Positions 48,680 through 59,037 of a stretch of 64,000 nucleotides of DNA are shown piece by piece. Numbering within the stretch: the stretch's first letter is position 1; every line of letters starts with the position of its first letter. Origin of the DNA: Isosphaeraceae bacterium (GTDB lineage Bacteria > Planctomycetota > Planctomycetia > Isosphaerales > Isosphaeraceae); assembly GCA_965201075.1 (NCBI GenBank), contig CBDAVP010000003.1, positions 124,001-188,000 of the forward strand, in the 5' to 3' direction. Both the position numbers and the translations under genes were made by a program. A model generated the notes under the pieces. It ran no database searches, had not been told where the DNA came from, and worked only from the letters and a program-made list of their open reading frames with translations.

Positions 48680-49774
48680 TTACCCGTTGGGGGGCGAGGG
48701 GTGGGGCCAAGCGGAGCTTCTGGGCGGAGAATGACGGCGACGGGATGTGGGGGGAGCAGGCCACGGATTGGACGGGGAGGCAGACCCACGCGGAATGTCG
48801 CGAGGAGGGGTGTTTGGGGGCAATGGGGTGGGGTTTGGCCTGGCGAGGAAATTCCAGAGGGCCGGCAGAGGGGTGGAACGGGCTCGGCGGGGGGTTCGAT
48901 TGGGTTTTGGCTCGTTGCTGGGTTCGTTGACGGGGGGGACTGTGGCGGGATCGACGTCGGGGGGGATGTAGGCAGGTTGCATGCTTCGGTCGACGTAGAT
49001 GAGGTCTCCGTCGGGGTCCTTGCGGTAGCCGGGGGCGAGGTTGGCGGGGCGTCGGCCCGATTGGAAGCGGCCGAGGAGCCATTCGAGCCGGCGGTTGATG
49101 CTGGTTTCCTGGCGACGGAGGGGGGTCAGGGCGGCGAGGATGGCGGGGCCGAGACCTCGGGCGGCGGCGGCGCGGGCTCGGCGGTCGAGGTCGGCGAGGG
49201 GTCCGTCGTCGAGCGATCGGAGGCGGGCGATTTCGGAACGGACTAGGACGAGCCGGTCGGCCGGGGCGAGGGGGAGGGCTTCGGTGGACTCTGCCGGAAG
49301 GCCCAGGAGCTGGAGCGCTCGGGATTGCTGGGCAGCGTCCCAGGGGGTTCCGGCGTCGAGGGAGGCTTGCAGTTTGGCCCATTGGTCCAGGAGCCAGGCG
49401 GCGCCGGCGCGGGTCGAGCGAAGCTGGTAGGCGATGGCGGCGGGGGATTTGGGTAATTTTTGGGCGAGTTGCTCGGCCTCAAGTCGGCGGTCGTCGTCCC
49501 AACTTTCGATGGCGCGGCGGGCGAGGGCGTCTCGGTGGACGGCCTCATCGACCTGACAGCGTTCGAGACGCAGGGCCTGGAGGCAGACCTGTTCCAGCAG
49601 CCACATCTCGATGGCGTTGTTTGGTTTGAGGGAGGAGCACCACTGGTCGGCGCGGGTTTGGATGGCGGCGCGCTCCTCGTCGGGGAGCGGGAGGTCGTCG
49701 AAGGGGCCGAGGTTGGGGTCACCGGCGACGACGAGTTCGTACTGGGCGATCAGTTGGCGAAGAGTGGCGGCCAT
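48680..49774 (-). CDS. Hypothetical helical protein (planctomycete paralog-family-like)
   Basis: W...LKP....E.WL, WDDDRR.EAE, L..T.AGA.WLL..W..L, LRRQE; Pro-rich NEP tail. Confidence 0.7.
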   Translation of the reverse strand: MAATLRQLIAQYELVVAGDPNLGPFDDLPLPDEERAAIQTRADQWCSSLKPNNAIEMWLLEQVCLQALRLERCQVDEAVHRDALARRAIESWDDDRRLEAEQLAQKLPKSPAAIAYQLRSTRAGAAWLLDQWAKLQASLDAGTPWDAAQQSRALQLLGLPAESTEALPLAPADRLVLVRSEIARLRSLDDGPLADLDRRARAAAARGLGPAILAALTPLRRQETSINRRLEWLLGRFQSGRRPANLAPGYRKDPDGDLIYVDRSMQPAYIPPDVDPATVPPVNEPSNEPKPNRTPRRARSTPLPALWNFLARPNPTPLPPNTPPRDIPRGSASPSNPWPAPPTSRRRHSPPRSSAWPHPSPPNG

Positions 49775-50162
49775 GATTGGTTTTGGTTCGGAATGGGTTT
49801 GGTGTGGGCAGCAGGATGAAGAGATTTGGGCGTTTGGCTGGTGGTTGAGAAATTCCAGGCGGTTGGGTCGTCCAGGTCGGCCGGGGCCTTGAGGTGGGAT
49901 AACTGAGTCTCCCTGAACAGAATCGTGACCAGATGGGCTGTTGCGCGGGAATTCCGGGAAAATTTTCCGCGAGGTTCGTTTTCGACGGACTCGGGTGGGG
50001 TTGCGCGATTCGTGGAGCGGCGGTGGCGGGTCTACCTGCGGGGGCGCGGAGCAACGAGCGACGAGGGGCAAATGGTCCACGGTGATCCACTTCCGCGACC
50101 CGCCTTTGATGCGTTTTTCCTGCCCAACTTTGCGTTCAAGTTGTCCGACGCCACCCCGTGGC

Positions 50163-50462
50163 CTAGGGTTGAGCGGTTGGGGAGCGATCGAACCCTTCGT
50201 CTTCTTGTGGGGTTCTTCCGGGGCGACGTTCCGCCTCGGGGATTCCCTTGCGGTTGGATGCGGAGCGGACTTCCTGGCCGTGTTGACCCGGCTTTGTGGA
50301 CTGGGGGCGTCTGGCCTGGATGGTCACGTCGGGGACCTGTTTGGCGAGCCTTCGGGGTGGACGGGGGTAGAAGATTGTTCGGCTGTGAGCGCAGGACGAG
50401 ATTCCGATCGCCAGTAGGAGGGCCATCCCGATGGGCTTGAAGCGACGCGCCTTGCTGGACAT
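50163..50462 (-). CDS. Putative small lipoprotein
   Basis: GGGAG SD; basic N-terminus, hydrophobic stretch and lipobox-like ISSC. Confidence 0.4.
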   Translation of the reverse strand: MSSKARRFKPIGMALLLAIGISSCAHSRTIFYPRPPRRLAKQVPDVTIQARRPQSTKPGQHGQEVRSASNRKGIPEAERRPGRTPQEDEGFDRSPTAQP

Positions 50463-50602
50463 CGCGAGAACTCCCACCGTTGGTCCCTCGCTGGTCGAGA
50501 TCCGACCGCCGATCCCGGAACTTTGTCGAGGAGCGTGATCTCTACAAGTTTACCCCACTGGCCGAACCAGGCCGGCCGAAGCCCGAGAGGCTGCCGACAC
50601 CC

Positions 50603-50956
50603 ATGACCCACCGCGACATCGACGAGCCCCGCGTTCTGGAAATCGCCGACTCCCACCGTCTCAACCACGAGACTGGGGACGCCTATCCGCAATCGCTCTA
50701 TCGAGCCGTGCCCGAAGGCCCCGCGCCCGCCCTGGCCGTTGACCTGGGCGCGGTCGACCTGCTGTCGAGCCGGGGTTTGCGCATTTTGGTGAATTTGAAA
50801 CGACGAGTGGAACGAGGACAGGGCCAAATTGTTTTGTTCCGTCTCAAGCCTTCGGTTCGCGACCAGTTGCGCCGAACCTCCCTCGCCCCCCATTTTCCCT
50901 CGGCCCCCGATCGCCGATCCGCGGTGGAACTCTTGCGTTCGGCTCGATCGGTCTAA
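50603..50956 (+). CDS. STAS domain protein (anti-sigma factor antagonist-like)
   Basis: AVDLGAVDLLSSRGLRILV STAS signature; 117 aa. Confidence 0.85.
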   Translation: MTHRDIDEPRVLEIADSHRLNHETGDAYPQSLYRAVPEGPAPALAVDLGAVDLLSSRGLRILVNLKRRVERGQGQIVLFRLKPSVRDQLRRTSLAPHFPSAPDRRSAVELLRSARSV

Positions 50957-51231
50957 TCGTTTCTCCTGTTTTCCTCGTTACCCTGTCTTCGCTATCCTGC
51001 CAATCCCCCGTGAAGTCCTTCGTTCTGATGTACCGAGGAATAGGGGGGAATCGAGGTCGTCGCGTCACCGCGGGATCGCGGTCGGCGCGTGGGGTCGTTC
51101 ATCCCTGGGTTCCGGCCTTGGGGTTGGGCGGACGTGGCGACTCGTGGATGGGTTGGATGTACGGAATGGAATCGGGGACCGTCCGCGCGCCGGGCGGTCG
51201 GCTCGGGCTCGACCCGCGGAGGGAGTCTTCA

Positions 51232-52968
51232 ATGCATTGGTCCAAGCGGCGACGGTCCGGTCGGCCTGGCCAGGGGCGCAAGGCCCGGCGGGTTCTGGAG
51301 ACCCTGGAAGGGCGGCAACTTCTGACCGCGGCGAGTTATTACCTGCCGACAAATGGTTACGGGGGGACGATCAACACGTCGACTCCGTCGATCAGCGTGA
51401 CACACCCGATCGGCGGTTCCACCACCGCCCAGCAGCTTTCGACGAACGAGGCCCAGAAATACGTCACCGGGAAGGATCGCGCTGGGGACGAATATAGCAT
51501 CCGGGTGATTGGGCCGGGGTCGGTGGTGGTGACCGACATTACTCCGAATGACGGGGTGCTGGACGACCCGATCGACACCATCCAGTTGCTGAATACCACG
51601 AGCCGAACGGTGGTCATTGGCCAGACGGTGGGGTCCGCTCGGGTGCAGGATAATGGGGTGGTTCGGTTCAATCACCTGATCGACGTCAACCCGGTCGGCA
51701 AGGTCGCGCTCAACGGCTTCACGCTGGAGAGAGACGCCCTGCCGGTGACGGCCACGGGGGTGGAGGCGACGGCCGGCGTGGGCGAGCCGGAAATTTATCT
51801 GCCGGGTGGAATCAAGTATCTCTCGTTCCATGACATCCGGGCCACCTACGACGCCAGCACGACGCTGACGCCGATCCAGGTCATCATTGGCGACCCGAAC
51901 ACGCCACTGAAGACTCGCCCGACGATCCATCTCGACTCGATCTTCAACACCGTCAACGACAGCACCGTGACCAGCGTGCCTGACGGCGTGCCGGTGACGA
52001 CTCCGACGGTGAACATCGTGGTCAACGGGCAGTTGCATGACCTGTCGTATGTGTCGTCGGGGGCGGCGCCGGCGCTCACGGCCTCGGATGGAATCAACTT
52101 CGGCCGGGTCAGTTCGACCGGTCGGACGGCGATCCAGGCCAAGGGGATCGACCACCTCAAGGTTGTCGGGTCGGCCAACAACACGACGGTTTCGCGAACT
52201 CCGCAACCGTTCCAGCACGGGTTCAGCGGGGTGGACCACATTACCACGGCCGAGTTTGGCGGGACGCCCGACGCCGTGGCCCTGGATGTCAACGGTCCGA
52301 TCAAGCACCTGAGGTTTCTCCGAGGCGTGGGGAACCCGACGGCGACGACCGGCGGCGCCCGAGCCTATGGCATTCCCACCAGCGAGTACGGTTACTCGGC
52401 CTTTGGGCTGGAAGGCGGCCGGGTGGTGGCCAAGAAGATTGGCCGCTTGACTGTGGGCGCCGCGGCCCTCGATCGGACGACCCCGCAAGACCCGGATTTG
52501 ATCCGCACCGTGACGGGTCATTCCAACGCGGTGACTCGACCGGGCAATGCCTTGACCAACACGGCGATCGTCTCAAACGGGTCGATCGGCCGGACGACGA
52601 TCATCGGCAACGCCCAGAACAGCGAGGTCAAGGCGGGGGCGAGCAACTCGTCGTACATCGCCGGGCTGGAATCCACTCGCGCCCGGAGCCGCATTGGACC
52701 GCTTCGATTGCGGGGCGAATTGAACAACTCGGATGTGAGTGCCTCGTATGGGTCGGGTCCCGACCAGATTTACGGCACGAGCGACGACGTCGTCGGCCCG
52801 GGTTCCATCACGGGGAACATCACCGGCAGCACCAATACCAACAACGCGCTTGGTCAAACGACCACGCTGGGCAACTCGGGCAGCGGTTTCTTCGCCCGTC
52901 GCAAGAACGGAACGCTGCCTCTGCCGGCGACGGCCCGGCGCAATCGCAACGGCGTGCTGAAGTATTGA
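51232..52968 (+). CDS. Exported beta-rich protein with planctomycete N-terminal export motif
   Basis: Arg-rich N-terminus with LETLEGRQLLT; Thr/Gly/Asn-rich beta-strand repeats. Confidence 0.8.
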   Translation: MHWSKRRRSGRPGQGRKARRVLETLEGRQLLTAASYYLPTNGYGGTINTSTPSISVTHPIGGSTTAQQLSTNEAQKYVTGKDRAGDEYSIRVIGPGSVVVTDITPNDGVLDDPIDTIQLLNTTSRTVVIGQTVGSARVQDNGVVRFNHLIDVNPVGKVALNGFTLERDALPVTATGVEATAGVGEPEIYLPGGIKYLSFHDIRATYDASTTLTPIQVIIGDPNTPLKTRPTIHLDSIFNTVNDSTVTSVPDGVPVTTPTVNIVVNGQLHDLSYVSSGAAPALTASDGINFGRVSSTGRTAIQAKGIDHLKVVGSANNTTVSRTPQPFQHGFSGVDHITTAEFGGTPDAVALDVNGPIKHLRFLRGVGNPTATTGGARAYGIPTSEYGYSAFGLEGGRVVAKKIGRLTVGAAALDRTTPQDPDLIRTVTGHSNAVTRPGNALTNTAIVSNGSIGRTTIIGNAQNSEVKAGASNSSYIAGLESTRARSRIGPLRLRGELNNSDVSASYGSGPDQIYGTSDDVVGPGSITGNITGSTNTNNALGQTTTLGNSGSGFFARRKNGTLPLPATARRNRNGVLKY

Positions 52969-53000
52969 TCCGTTCTCGACCCGCTTTGTCCCGAAATCCG

Positions 53001-53053
53001 CCGGAGTTCCGTGTTTCCCAACCCTGGGGATGCGGGGCTCCGGTCGTGTTTTT
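53001..53053 (+). terminator. Long G-U-rich hairpin with T-tract between convergent genes
   Basis: CCGGAGTTCCGTGTTTCCCA-ACCC-TGGGGATGCGGGGCTCCGG followed by TCGTGTTTTT. Confidence 0.6.
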
Positions 53054-53069
53054 CGGGTGAGCGAGGTGG

Positions 53070-54089
53070 CTACCAGCGCCAGAGGGCCGTGCCCCAGGTG
53101 AGACCCGCTCCGAAACCGGAAGAGAGGAGCAGGTCTCCCCGACGGACCTGATCCATTTCGAGGATTTCGTCGAGAGCGATGGGGATCGAGCCGCCAGAGG
53201 TGTTGCCGTAACGGTCGAGGTTTTTGTAGACGACGTCTCGGGGGAAGCCCAGGACGTCGCTGGCGGCATGGATGATGCGGATGTTGGCCTGGTGGGGGAT
53301 GAACCAGCGGACGTCGGCGACGGTGCGGCCGGCTCGGGCCAGGACGGCGGTCGATGAGTCGGCCAGCGTGCGAACGGCCCACTTGAAGACGGCTCGTCCG
53401 TCCATGGTCAGATAGTGCAGTCCGGCGGCGACGGTTTCGGGAGAGGGAGGCATGCGACTGCCGCCGGCGGGTCGGTTGAGAAGGTCGCCGCCGCCGCCGT
53501 CGGAACCAAGCTGGTAGGCGAGGAGCCCTTGCTCGGCGGTTCCCGGAGCCAGGAGAACCGCGCCGGCGCCGTCGCCGAAGAGGGGGAAGCTTTTCTGATC
53601 GCCAGGGTTGATGACGCGACTGTTGCAATCGCCGCCGATCACCAGTGCCCGGCGACTCGTCCCGGCCGCGACGAATTGCGCGGCGGTCACCAGGGCGTAC
53701 ATGAACCCTGCGCAGGCGGCTTGCAGGTCGAAGGCCGGACAGCTCAGTCGGAGGCGGTCCTGGACCAAACAGGCGGTGGAGGGGAAGGCCATGTCCGGGG
53801 TCATCGTGCCGACGACCAGGAGGTCGACCTCCGAGGGCTCGCAGCCGGCGACCTTGAGGCAGCGGGTGGCGGCTTCGGCGCAGAGGTCGCTGGTGGCCTG
53901 GTGGGGCGGGGCGAATCGTCGTTCGGAAATGCCGGTCCGGTTGACGACCCACTCGGGATCGAACCCGTGGGTGCGCTTGAGGTCTTCGTTGGTGACGACG
54001 GTTTCGGGCAGAAACCGCCCGGTTCCCACGATCTGTACCCCCATCAAAGAGCGGATGGGGAGGTCGGCGGGGGTGGAGCCTTGCGTCAT
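53070..54089 (-). CDS. fabH: 3-oxoacyl-ACP synthase III
   Basis: RTGISERR, AACAGF (Cys), LFGDGAGA, PHQAN.RI, YGNTS, GFGAGLTWG. Confidence 0.96.
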   Translation of the reverse strand: MTQGSTPADLPIRSLMGVQIVGTGRFLPETVVTNEDLKRTHGFDPEWVVNRTGISERRFAPPHQATSDLCAEAATRCLKVAGCEPSEVDLLVVGTMTPDMAFPSTACLVQDRLRLSCPAFDLQAACAGFMYALVTAAQFVAAGTSRRALVIGGDCNSRVINPGDQKSFPLFGDGAGAVLLAPGTAEQGLLAYQLGSDGGGGDLLNRPAGGSRMPPSPETVAAGLHYLTMDGRAVFKWAVRTLADSSTAVLARAGRTVADVRWFIPHQANIRIIHAASDVLGFPRDVVYKNLDRYGNTSGGSIPIALDEILEMDQVRRGDLLLSSGFGAGLTWGTALWRW

Positions 54090-54282
54090 GATTGAGAGGG
54101 AAGGAGGTCCGGCCAAGGTCGGCCCCGGACGGGCGACACTCCGCGGCGACCCACGATCGGCTCGCGATCCTTCGCCGGGTCTCAGGTTTTCGACTATACT
54201 GCGCCCCCCCCAGCCTGGCCAGGGGAATGCCCGCCGAGCGGGTTATCCCAGCCCGAGGTGGTTCCCTCGATCGGCGGCCGAG

Positions 54283-54657
54283 ATGCCTGACCATCTGATC
54301 CGTTTGAGACGCGCCTGGGAGTTGCGGGACGAATCCTCGACGAGGCGGGTCGACCTGCCTTGCCCCGGTTGGCCGGCGGAGGCTGGGCCGTTCTGGCTCG
54401 ATCGAGGTTTCCGTAAGCCGCCGATCGACCCCGACCGCGAGCGGCTGCTTCTGCGAGTGGGACTGGTTCCTGGGCTTCTTATCGTTTCGCTCAACGGCGA
54501 GCGGCTCAATTTCCCCCTCGTTCTGGATGGGGCGGAGATGGAAACCGGCTTGCCCGCAGGGCTTCCGGAGCGGAATGTTCTGGCGTTGCGGGTTGATCCC
54601 AGGGGGTTGGATGGTGGGGCCTGGGGGGAAATCGCTCTGGTGATTCGACGGTCCTGA
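54283..54657 (+). CDS. Hypothetical protein (small jelly-roll-like)
   Basis: H.IRL..AW, R.F.KP, V.LNG, RNVL, WGEIALVI pattern. Confidence 0.65.
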   Translation: MPDHLIRLRRAWELRDESSTRRVDLPCPGWPAEAGPFWLDRGFRKPPIDPDRERLLLRVGLVPGLLIVSLNGERLNFPLVLDGAEMETGLPAGLPERNVLALRVDPRGLDGGAWGEIALVIRRS

Positions 54658-54746
54658 GCGGGAGCGTTGGCGAGCTTTCGGGCCGACGACTATACTGGTC
54701 GAGCCGAAGCCCCCCTTTTTTTTGGGCCCTGACGAGAGCCATAGCC

Positions 54747-55544
54747 TTGCTTGACTGGGACGACCACGATTTGCCACCCCGGCCGAGGCCGCGGATTTGT
54801 CGGGCTGGGCTCACGTTGGTGGCGTTGGGGCTGTCGCTGCTGGCCTTGAGCGTCGGGGTGGGCCTGGCGAGGATGTTCGGCGGTGCGCCCGACCTGGAGC
54901 GGCTGGTCAACTCGGCGTTCTGGAAGTGGGGGGTCGGCGCCCCGATCACCTGGCTAACGCTGCTGGGGTCCTATTTCCTTTGGGCTGGGTGGACCGACCC
55001 GTCGTGGCGTCGCAAGGCGGGACTGTTGCTGCTGTTGAACTCGATTGACGGGGTTCAATGGACGTTGGACCACGGCAATGACCTGGGCCTGAACGTGGGG
55101 ACGATTGGCCATACCTGGTTACGGTATCAGGTTGGTTCGCTGTTCAACTGGATCGAGTTCGCCCTGGTCTCACGGATGGCGTTTGCCCTGACGAAGCATT
55201 TTGGAGCGGCGGAAGCATCGTTGCGCCACAAGGTCAAGGTGTTTTGCGTGGCCGGGCTGGTTCTTTGGGGCCTGACGTTCCTGAAACTGACGAACTGGGA
55301 TCACCTTTGGCCCCTGGAGGCCCGGGCGCCACGGCTGGGCGGTCTGTTCTTGCTCATGGGGACTGACGCGCTGACCTTGATGGCGATGCTCAATGTCATC
55401 CCGCTGTGCTTGGCCGCCAACCGGGCCTGCTCGCGGGCAACCCCGCGGTCATCGGAAGCCGACGACCGCGGGATCGACTTGCTGAAGTCTCGCTCGGAAA
55501 CCTGGGAAGAAGAGAATCCCTGGCAATCCCCGAATCGGTGGTGA
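54747..55544 (+). CDS. Hypothetical polytopic membrane protein
   Basis: About 6 hydrophobic helices; upstream TTGGCG-N18-TATACT promoter-like site. Confidence 0.7.
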   Translation: MLDWDDHDLPPRPRPRICRAGLTLVALGLSLLALSVGVGLARMFGGAPDLERLVNSAFWKWGVGAPITWLTLLGSYFLWAGWTDPSWRRKAGLLLLLNSIDGVQWTLDHGNDLGLNVGTIGHTWLRYQVGSLFNWIEFALVSRMAFALTKHFGAAEASLRHKVKVFCVAGLVLWGLTFLKLTNWDHLWPLEARAPRLGGLFLLMGTDALTLMAMLNVIPLCLAANRACSRATPRSSEADDRGIDLLKSRSETWEEENPWQSPNRW

Positions 55545-55572
55545 ACGCGGGGAGTGTCGCCTTGGACCTTCG

Positions 55573-56517
55573 TTAGCGGGCGGGGCCGGCCGGCAGCAGT
55601 TCGCGAAGGGTTTTGGGTAGAGGGAAGTGGACGCTTTCCTCGCGGACGACCTCCTCGGAGATTGTCGCGCCGTAGCGGTCCTGAAGGAATTCGATGCACT
55701 CCTGGACGACATCTTCCGGAGCGCTTGCCCCCGCGGTGATCAGAACCGTATCGACGCCGTCGAGCCAGGCCGCCTGGATTTCGCCGACTCCGTCGATCAG
55801 ATGGGCGTGCGGTCCCAGCATGTTGGCGATCTCGGCGAGTCGCTTGCTGTTGGAACTATTTTGACTGCCCAGGACCAGGACCAGGTCAGCGCGGGGGGCG
55901 ATGGCTCGGATGGCTTCCTGGCGGTTCTGGGTGGCGTAGCAGATGTCGTCCTTGGGTGGGTTGTGGATCTGGGGGAACTTGCGACGGAGGGCGGCGATGA
56001 CGATGTTGGCGTCGTCGACGCTGAGGGTGGTCTGGGTCAGGTAGGCGATCTTTTCGGGGTTGATGGTCAGGGCGTCGACGTCGTCGGCGGTTTCGACCAG
56101 GATCATCCGTTCGGGTGCCTCGCCCATCGTGCCGATGACCTCGTCGTGCCCCTCGTGGCCGATCAGGACGATGGTGTAGCCCTCTCGGGCGTACTTGACG
56201 GCTTCGAGGTGGACCTTGGTGACAAGGGGGCAGGTGGCGTCGATCGCCTTGAGGTCTCGGCCGCGGGCCTGGTCGCGGATCTGAGGAGAGACTCCATGGG
56301 CGCTGTAGAGCAGGGGGGCTCCTCGGGGGACGTCTTCCAGGGATTCGACGAAGACGACGCCGCGACGCTTGAAACGCTCGACGACGTACTTGTTGTGGAC
56401 AATCTCGTGATAGACGTAGAGCGGTGCCCCGAAGAGATCGAGGGACCGTTCCAGGCTTTCAATGGCCATGTTGACCCCCGCGCAGAAACCTCGGGGGTTG
56501 GCCAGGATGATCTTCAT
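55573..56517 (-). CDS. ispH: 4-hydroxy-3-methylbut-2-enyl diphosphate reductase
   Basis: PRGFCAGV, EIVHN, SAHGV, DATCPLV.KVH, GHDEV, QTTLS, ICYATQNRQ, NSSNS, TAGASAPE. Confidence 0.98.
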   Translation of the reverse strand: MKIILANPRGFCAGVNMAIESLERSLDLFGAPLYVYHEIVHNKYVVERFKRRGVVFVESLEDVPRGAPLLYSAHGVSPQIRDQARGRDLKAIDATCPLVTKVHLEAVKYAREGYTIVLIGHEGHDEVIGTMGEAPERMILVETADDVDALTINPEKIAYLTQTTLSVDDANIVIAALRRKFPQIHNPPKDDICYATQNRQEAIRAIAPRADLVLVLGSQNSSNSKRLAEIANMLGPHAHLIDGVGEIQAAWLDGVDTVLITAGASAPEDVVQECIEFLQDRYGATISEEVVREESVHFPLPKTLRELLPAGPAR

Positions 56518-56667
56518 CGCGGGGCGGGCCTCCGGCGGCGCGGGATGACACCTCGAAAGGACATGGTACGTTCTCGACCTCGCCGGGGAAAGGCGGGCGG
56601 ATTGGCGGTCGGAAAGCTCGGTCGGCGCGGTCGGCCCGGGTTTGATCCTCGGGGCGGGTCGACGCGG

Positions 56668-56697
56668 TTGTCAAACCGCCGCGCTTTGCGGTATCTT
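56668..56697 (+). promoter_or_regulatory. Putative tRNA promoter
   Basis: TTGTCA-N18-TATCTT. Confidence 0.45.
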
Positions 56698-56817
56698 AAC
56701 TGGCGGCTCAGGTTCCCGATTCGCCAAAACGCCAACGCTGCCCGAGTCTCCGACTCGCCGCGGCCTGAACCGGCGTCATGGCTTTCGGGGTCGACCGAGC
56801 CTTCCGCGTCTCTGCGA

Positions 56818-56905
<88 letters not shown>

Positions 56906-56914
56906 TGATTTCGC

Positions 56915-56960
56915 TGGATGCAACCTGCTAGCCCGCCGGGGCTCGGTTGGGCTGCATCCA
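56915..56960 (+). terminator. Hairpin downstream of tRNA-Ser
   Basis: TGGATGCA...TGCATCCA inverted repeat with inner AGCCC/GGGCT stem. Confidence 0.5.
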
Positions 56961-57398
56961 CTCGTTTCCGAATTGAGTTGCGAGCTGGTGGTAATAAGGT
57001 CGGGGGTGGTGAGTCCCCAAAGTGAAAGATCGGTAATGGGACCGTCAGGACGCCCGTTCGTCGAGACGGAGAGTCGGTCGAAGAGATGGAAGCGAAGAAA
57101 TCGCCCAACTTCCGCGGTTTTCTTCGCAATCGCGTGGCGGTCCCTGGCGCTCTGGCGGTTCAATGCTCCTTGCTCTGATTTGTTGGCCGAGTCATGGATT
57201 TCGTCACCACCCTGCGATCCATCATGGGCGTCCGTTTTTTTTCTGATCCAACGGTTTTGAATTCTCCCTTTCCCCGAAGATTGGTCGGTGCTGCGAGATC
57301 AAGGTAGACCCTTAGTCGTGGGTGCTTGCGAGGGGTGGGTTGGGGTGCTACGATCCGAGTTGGCGGTCGCAGGGAGGCTTGCTGTCGAGGAAATCCCA

Positions 57399-57956
57399 AT
57401 GGATGGTCGGGAAATCCAGCTTCGCGATGCCGAGGGGCTGGAGGCGGCCATTGCGGAGATGGCCGATTCGCTGGCCGCCCGTTCCGCTGAGTCCGCGCCT
57501 TTGCGGTTAGTCGGCGTCCGCACCCGAGGCGTGCCGATCGCTCTCCGACTGGCGGTTCACCTGAGCCGGCTGCTGGGTAGATCCGTGCCAGTCGGGGCTC
57601 TGGATATCACCCTTTATCGCGATGATCTGGGGGATGGCCGTCGCTGGCCGGTTTTGCGGGGGACCGAGATCGCCTTCCCCGTCGATGGCGCTGAGATTGT
57701 GCTGGTTGATGATGTTTTGTTCACAGGCCGGACCGTCCGCGCGGCGCTCAATGCCGTTTGCGATCTGGGACGACCGGCGAGAATTCGGCTGGCGGTCCTG
57801 GTGGACCGGGGCCATCGCGAGTTGCCGATCGAGCCGGACGTGGTGGGCGTGGTCGCCGAGGCGGGGCCTGGTCAGCGAATTGTCGTGCGGATTCGTCCCA
57901 CCGATGTCGTTGAGGAGATCGTTCGCATCGACCAGCCCGGTCACGGCAGCTTGTGA
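57399..57956 (+). CDS. pyrR: Bifunctional pyr regulator / uracil phosphoribosyltransferase PyrR
   Basis: [43 protein letters not shown]. Confidence 0.95.
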   Translation: MDGREIQLRDAEGLEAAIAEMADSLAARSAESAPLRLVGVRTRGVPIALRLAVHLSRLLGRSVPVGALDITLYRDDLGDGRRWPVLRGTEIAFPVDGAEIVLVDDVLFTGRTVRAALNAVCDLGRPARIRLAVLVDRGHRELPIEPDVVGVVAEAGPGQRIVVRIRPTDVVEEIVRIDQPGHGSL

Positions 57957-57967
57957 GGCCACCGACG

Positions 57968-58966
57968 ATGGAGCGAGGCACGTTGACAGTGACGGCGGAG
58001 GCCGTTGGACCACGGGAAGACTCCGCGGCCCCGACCTGGACGCGCAAGCACCTGCTTGGCCTGGAAGACCTCTCGGCCGAGGAGATCACCGCCATCCTGG
58101 ACACCGCCGAGTCGTTTGGCGAAATCTCCCGACGTAGCCGCAAGAAAGTGCCGGCTCTCCAGGGTCGGGTTGTCTTCAACCTGTTCTTCGAGAATTCGAC
58201 GAGGACTCGCACGTCGTTCAGCCTGGCGGCCAAGCGGCTCTCCGCCGACACCCAGGATTTCGTCTCGGCCGGCTCGAGCATGGCCAAGGGGGAGACGTTC
58301 ATCGATACGGCCCGGAACATCGAGGCGATGGGGGCCGACATCATGGTTGTCCGCCACTCGACTCCGGGCGCTCCTCACTTGCTGGCCCAGCATGTGAACG
58401 CCTCGATCATCAACGCAGGGGATGGAGCGCATGAACATCCGACGCAAGGGTTGCTCGACCTGCTGACGATCCGCCGGGCCAAGGGGACGATCGCCGGGCT
58501 GACGGTGGGGTTGGTCGGAGACATCAGCCATTCGCGAGTCGCCCGCTCGAACATCTGGGGTTTGACGAAGATGGGGGCCAAGGTGATCCTTTGCGGTCCT
58601 CCCACGCTGGTTCCCGCGCGGATGCGCGAACTGGGCTGCGAGGTGGCCGATCACCTTGATCCGATTTTGGAGCGTTGCGATGTGGTGAACATCCTGCGCA
58701 TTCAGTCGGAGCGACAGGCCAAGGGGCTGTTCCCCTCGCTTTCGGAATATTCCCGTCTGTATGGGATGACCCAGTCGCGTGTTCTGGCCGCCAAGCCCGA
58801 CGTGTTGATCCTGGCCCCGGGACCGATCAACCGGGGGGTGGAATTAACGCCCGAGGTCGCCGACGGTCCGAACTCGGCCATCCTCGATCAGGTGACCAAC
58901 GGCCTGGCGGTGCGGATGGCCGTGCTATACCTGGTCAGTGGGCGGTCTGGGCCCGTCGGATCCTGA
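57968..58966 (+). CDS. pyrB: Aspartate carbamoyltransferase catalytic subunit
   Basis: [51 protein letters not shown]. Confidence 0.97.
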   Translation: MERGTLTVTAEAVGPREDSAAPTWTRKHLLGLEDLSAEEITAILDTAESFGEISRRSRKKVPALQGRVVFNLFFENSTRTRTSFSLAAKRLSADTQDFVSAGSSMAKGETFIDTARNIEAMGADIMVVRHSTPGAPHLLAQHVNASIINAGDGAHEHPTQGLLDLLTIRRAKGTIAGLTVGLVGDISHSRVARSNIWGLTKMGAKVILCGPPTLVPARMRELGCEVADHLDPILERCDVVNILRIQSERQAKGLFPSLSEYSRLYGMTQSRVLAAKPDVLILAPGPINRGVELTPEVADGPNSAILDQVTNGLAVRMAVLYLVSGRSGPVGS

Positions 58967-59037
58967 AGGTCGCATCGTAGGGCGGAATCCGGCGGGGTGC
59001 CGCGGGCGTGCCGAGAATCGAGAGGCGAGCCGTGCCG

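Noticed and set aside
54655..54700. SAH-riboswitch-like GGAGCGTTG
   Set aside because: Remaining consensus absent; better explained as a promoter -35 region
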